Shown: positions 54,828-56,431 of the stretch, one piece after another
Numbering within the stretch: position 1 is the first letter of the stretch
How the letters are laid out: every line of letters begins with the position of its first letter
IMG/VR virus record: IMGVR_UViG_3300030102_003788
Span: 1 to 56,431 of that record
From: a virus
Lineage: Duplodnaviria > Caudoviricetes
DNA: 56,431 nt
Reading direction: 5' to 3' (one strand)
Program-made: the position numbers and the translations under genes
Notes under the pieces: model-generated
Database searches by the model: none
The model's input: only the letters and a program-made list of their open reading frames with translations
Told to the model about the DNA's origin: nothing

Positions 54828-56431
54828 ATGGCAAAAGAATTTGAAAAACATATGATGTATGACCCTGAAACAGGTAAGGGTTATGAGGCTAACACGCATG
54901 AAGATCATGTACGCATGGGTAAAATGGGTTATGTTCACGAAAAACCAAAAGGCCCTTTTAAAGTTAAACAACCTTACAACATAGCTACGGGTGGAACAAG
55001 TAAGTCAAACCCTTGGCTTACTTCATTAGAAGCTAAAGCTGGTGAAGGAGAATATTTAGGTGGTTTTCCTGAGTGGTCAAAAGTAAGTGATGCTAAAGAC
55101 ACTTTATCTAAAATAATGGAGCATCAAGAAAAATTTAGGAAAATTAAACAAAAAGGAAAAGAAAACAAAGAAAAAGAAAATCTTGATGATGATAACACTT
55201 TAGGTGGAGATACTATAAAAGATGATGGTGATCCTGATGACAACACTTTAGGTGGAGATGTTAGAAAAGATGACGGTGGTAATGTAGTTAATCCTAATGA
55301 TAAAACTCTAGGTGATATTAGAAAAGATGACGGTGATCCTGATGATAACACTCTAGGTGGTGATATTAGAAAAGATGACAGTGGTGGCGATACACTTACG
55401 CCTACTAGTAAAGAAAATACAGGAGATAATCTAGGAAGTCAACAATCTGTAACTGCAAACGATGCAAATCAAAACATAGGAGCAGGACAAAGTTATAACA
55501 GAAAACAAAGAAACCAAATAAATAATAGTTATCCTAAAAACAATGTTAATCCAAACGTAGCTGGTATTACATCTGGCAAAAACTCTGGAATATCAAACGC
55601 TTTAGGTGGTGGTGAGTTTAGAAAATTTACAAATAAAAGCGTGTTTAATAACGATGGTCAGGTATCTGGTTATGTCAGTAAAGGTAAAGATGCTATAGGA
55701 AAATCATGGAATTATAGCTTTGATATAAAAGAAGATGCTAACGGTTTACGCACAATATCTTTTAATAAAAACGTTTTTAAAGGTTCTAATGGAGCAATGA
55801 AACAAATTTTTAGAAACGCTGGTGTACCTGTAACAGGTGAGCTTTCTGCTGCTCAATGGAAAAAACTTAGAGGTTATTATACAACAAAACTACAAGAAGT
55901 TGAAAGTTCTTTAGCTGAGATACAACAAAAATACAGTGACTATAATGATGTTGATAAAAGTCAAAAAATTTACAGCGATTTTTTAGATAAATATCCTGTT
56001 GAAGGTGTGCAACTGTTAAAAATGAAGTCTAGAGGATTTTTTAACGGTGATCTTCAGTCTGATGCCCCTACACAATACAAAACACCTATACAGTTTAAAT
56101 CTCCATTTCCAAGGCGTGATTTAAGTATAAAAAGATATAGAGAAAACTGGATGCCTAGCGCGCCTATGAATTACGGAAGTCCACTGCGTCAGCAAGAGCA
56201 ACTAAACATAAATTCAGAATTTGGTACTATATGGGAAAAAATGAAAGCATATGGCCCAACAATGGATAAAAAAATTGATACTTTTATAAAACATACTAAA
56301 TACGACCCGACTACAGATAAACCTATAAACTCTTTTCAAAATAAAGAGTGGGTTAATATAATAACTAAGTGGTTGCAAGGTAAAAAAGCTGAAATGGTAA
56401 AAGCTACAAATGAAAAGAATAATGACGCTAT
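54828..56431 (+). CDS. Large probable internal virion protein, 3' partial (not in ORF track)
   Basis: ATG 54828 (MAKEFEKHMMYDPETG...) reads without a stop to the window end; contains acidic repeats, FKSPF and APMNYGSPL. Confidence 0.75.
   Translation, partial: MAKEFEKHMMYDPETGKGYEANTHEDHVRMGKMGYVHEKPKGPFKVKQPYNIATGGTSKSNPWLTSLEAKAGEGEYLGGFPEWSKVSDAKDTLSKIMEHQEKFRKIKQKGKENKEKENLDDDNTLGGDTIKDDGDPDDNTLGGDVRKDDGGNVVNPNDKTLGDIRKDDGDPDDNTLGGDIRKDDSGGDTLTPTSKENTGDNLGSQQSVTANDANQNIGAGQSYNRKQRNQINNSYPKNNVNPNVAGITSGKNSGISNALGGGEFRKFTNKSVFNNDGQVSGYVSKGKDAIGKSWNYSFDIKEDANGLRTISFNKNVFKGSNGAMKQIFRNAGVPVTGELSAAQWKKLRGYYTTKLQEVESSLAEIQQKYSDYNDVDKSQKIYSDFLDKYPVEGVQLLKMKSRGFFNGDLQSDAPTQYKTPIQFKSPFPRRDLSIKRYRENWMPSAPMNYGSPLRQQEQLNINSEFGTIWEKMKAYGPTMDKKIDTFIKHTKYDPTTDKPINSFQNKEWVNIITKWLQGKKAEMVKATNEKNNDA
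55188..55379 (+). repeat. Four degenerate coding repeats DDNTLGGD(I/V/T)(R/I)KDDG
   Basis: Visible as gatgataacact(t/c)taggtgg.gat...aaagatga repeats. Confidence 0.8.

Noticed and set aside
29-55351. Numerous short ORFs antisense to or out of frame within long genes (e.g. 395-718, 7786-8115, 28272-28763, 39483-39854, 47771-48142, 55124-55351)
   Set aside because: They are shadows of well-supported genes, with no motifs or initiation context.
1-56431. Stop-codon reassignment as in some crAss-like phages
   Set aside because: Long genes are intact in the standard code, and both TAG and TGA end genes at sensible boundaries.

Overview
This window is about 56 kb of an AT-rich dsDNA tailed-phage genome with a crAss-like/large-podovirus gene set. 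The host is most likely a marine Bacteroidota (Flavobacteriia), judged from a T9SS-type C-terminal domain, an Hc1-like protein and A-rich leaders without Shine-Dalgarno sequences. There are three blocks. (1) + strand 1-10451: 3' end of a giant virion-type protein with a HAD domain, a secreted/outer-membrane cluster, small basic proteins and an M15 endolysin. (2) - strand 10561-25750: early and replication genes (sigma factor, ligase, ERF-like SSAP, PD-(D/E)XK nuclease, SSB, primase-helicase, dCMP-hydroxymethylase-like TS homolog, MazG, resolvase, class II RNR), with no recognisable DNA polymerase. (3) + strand 26114-end: small MAFK(M/L)K proteins, GroEL/GroES, an HExxH protease, holin, SET protein, terminase, portal, capsid, tail and ejection proteins. 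Main unexplained signals: a shared peptide-tag grammar (MAFK[ML]K ... SP[LFV]) on about 12 unrelated late proteins beside an HExxH protease; two phage-specific promoter-like motif families (9 and 4 copies); two tRNA-like mini-RNAs; a duplicated TGTGACA..TGTCACA palindrome; a probable cytosine-modification pathway; and a phage-encoded T9SS cargo/OMP module. All family assignments come from motif recognition by eye, with no database searches.
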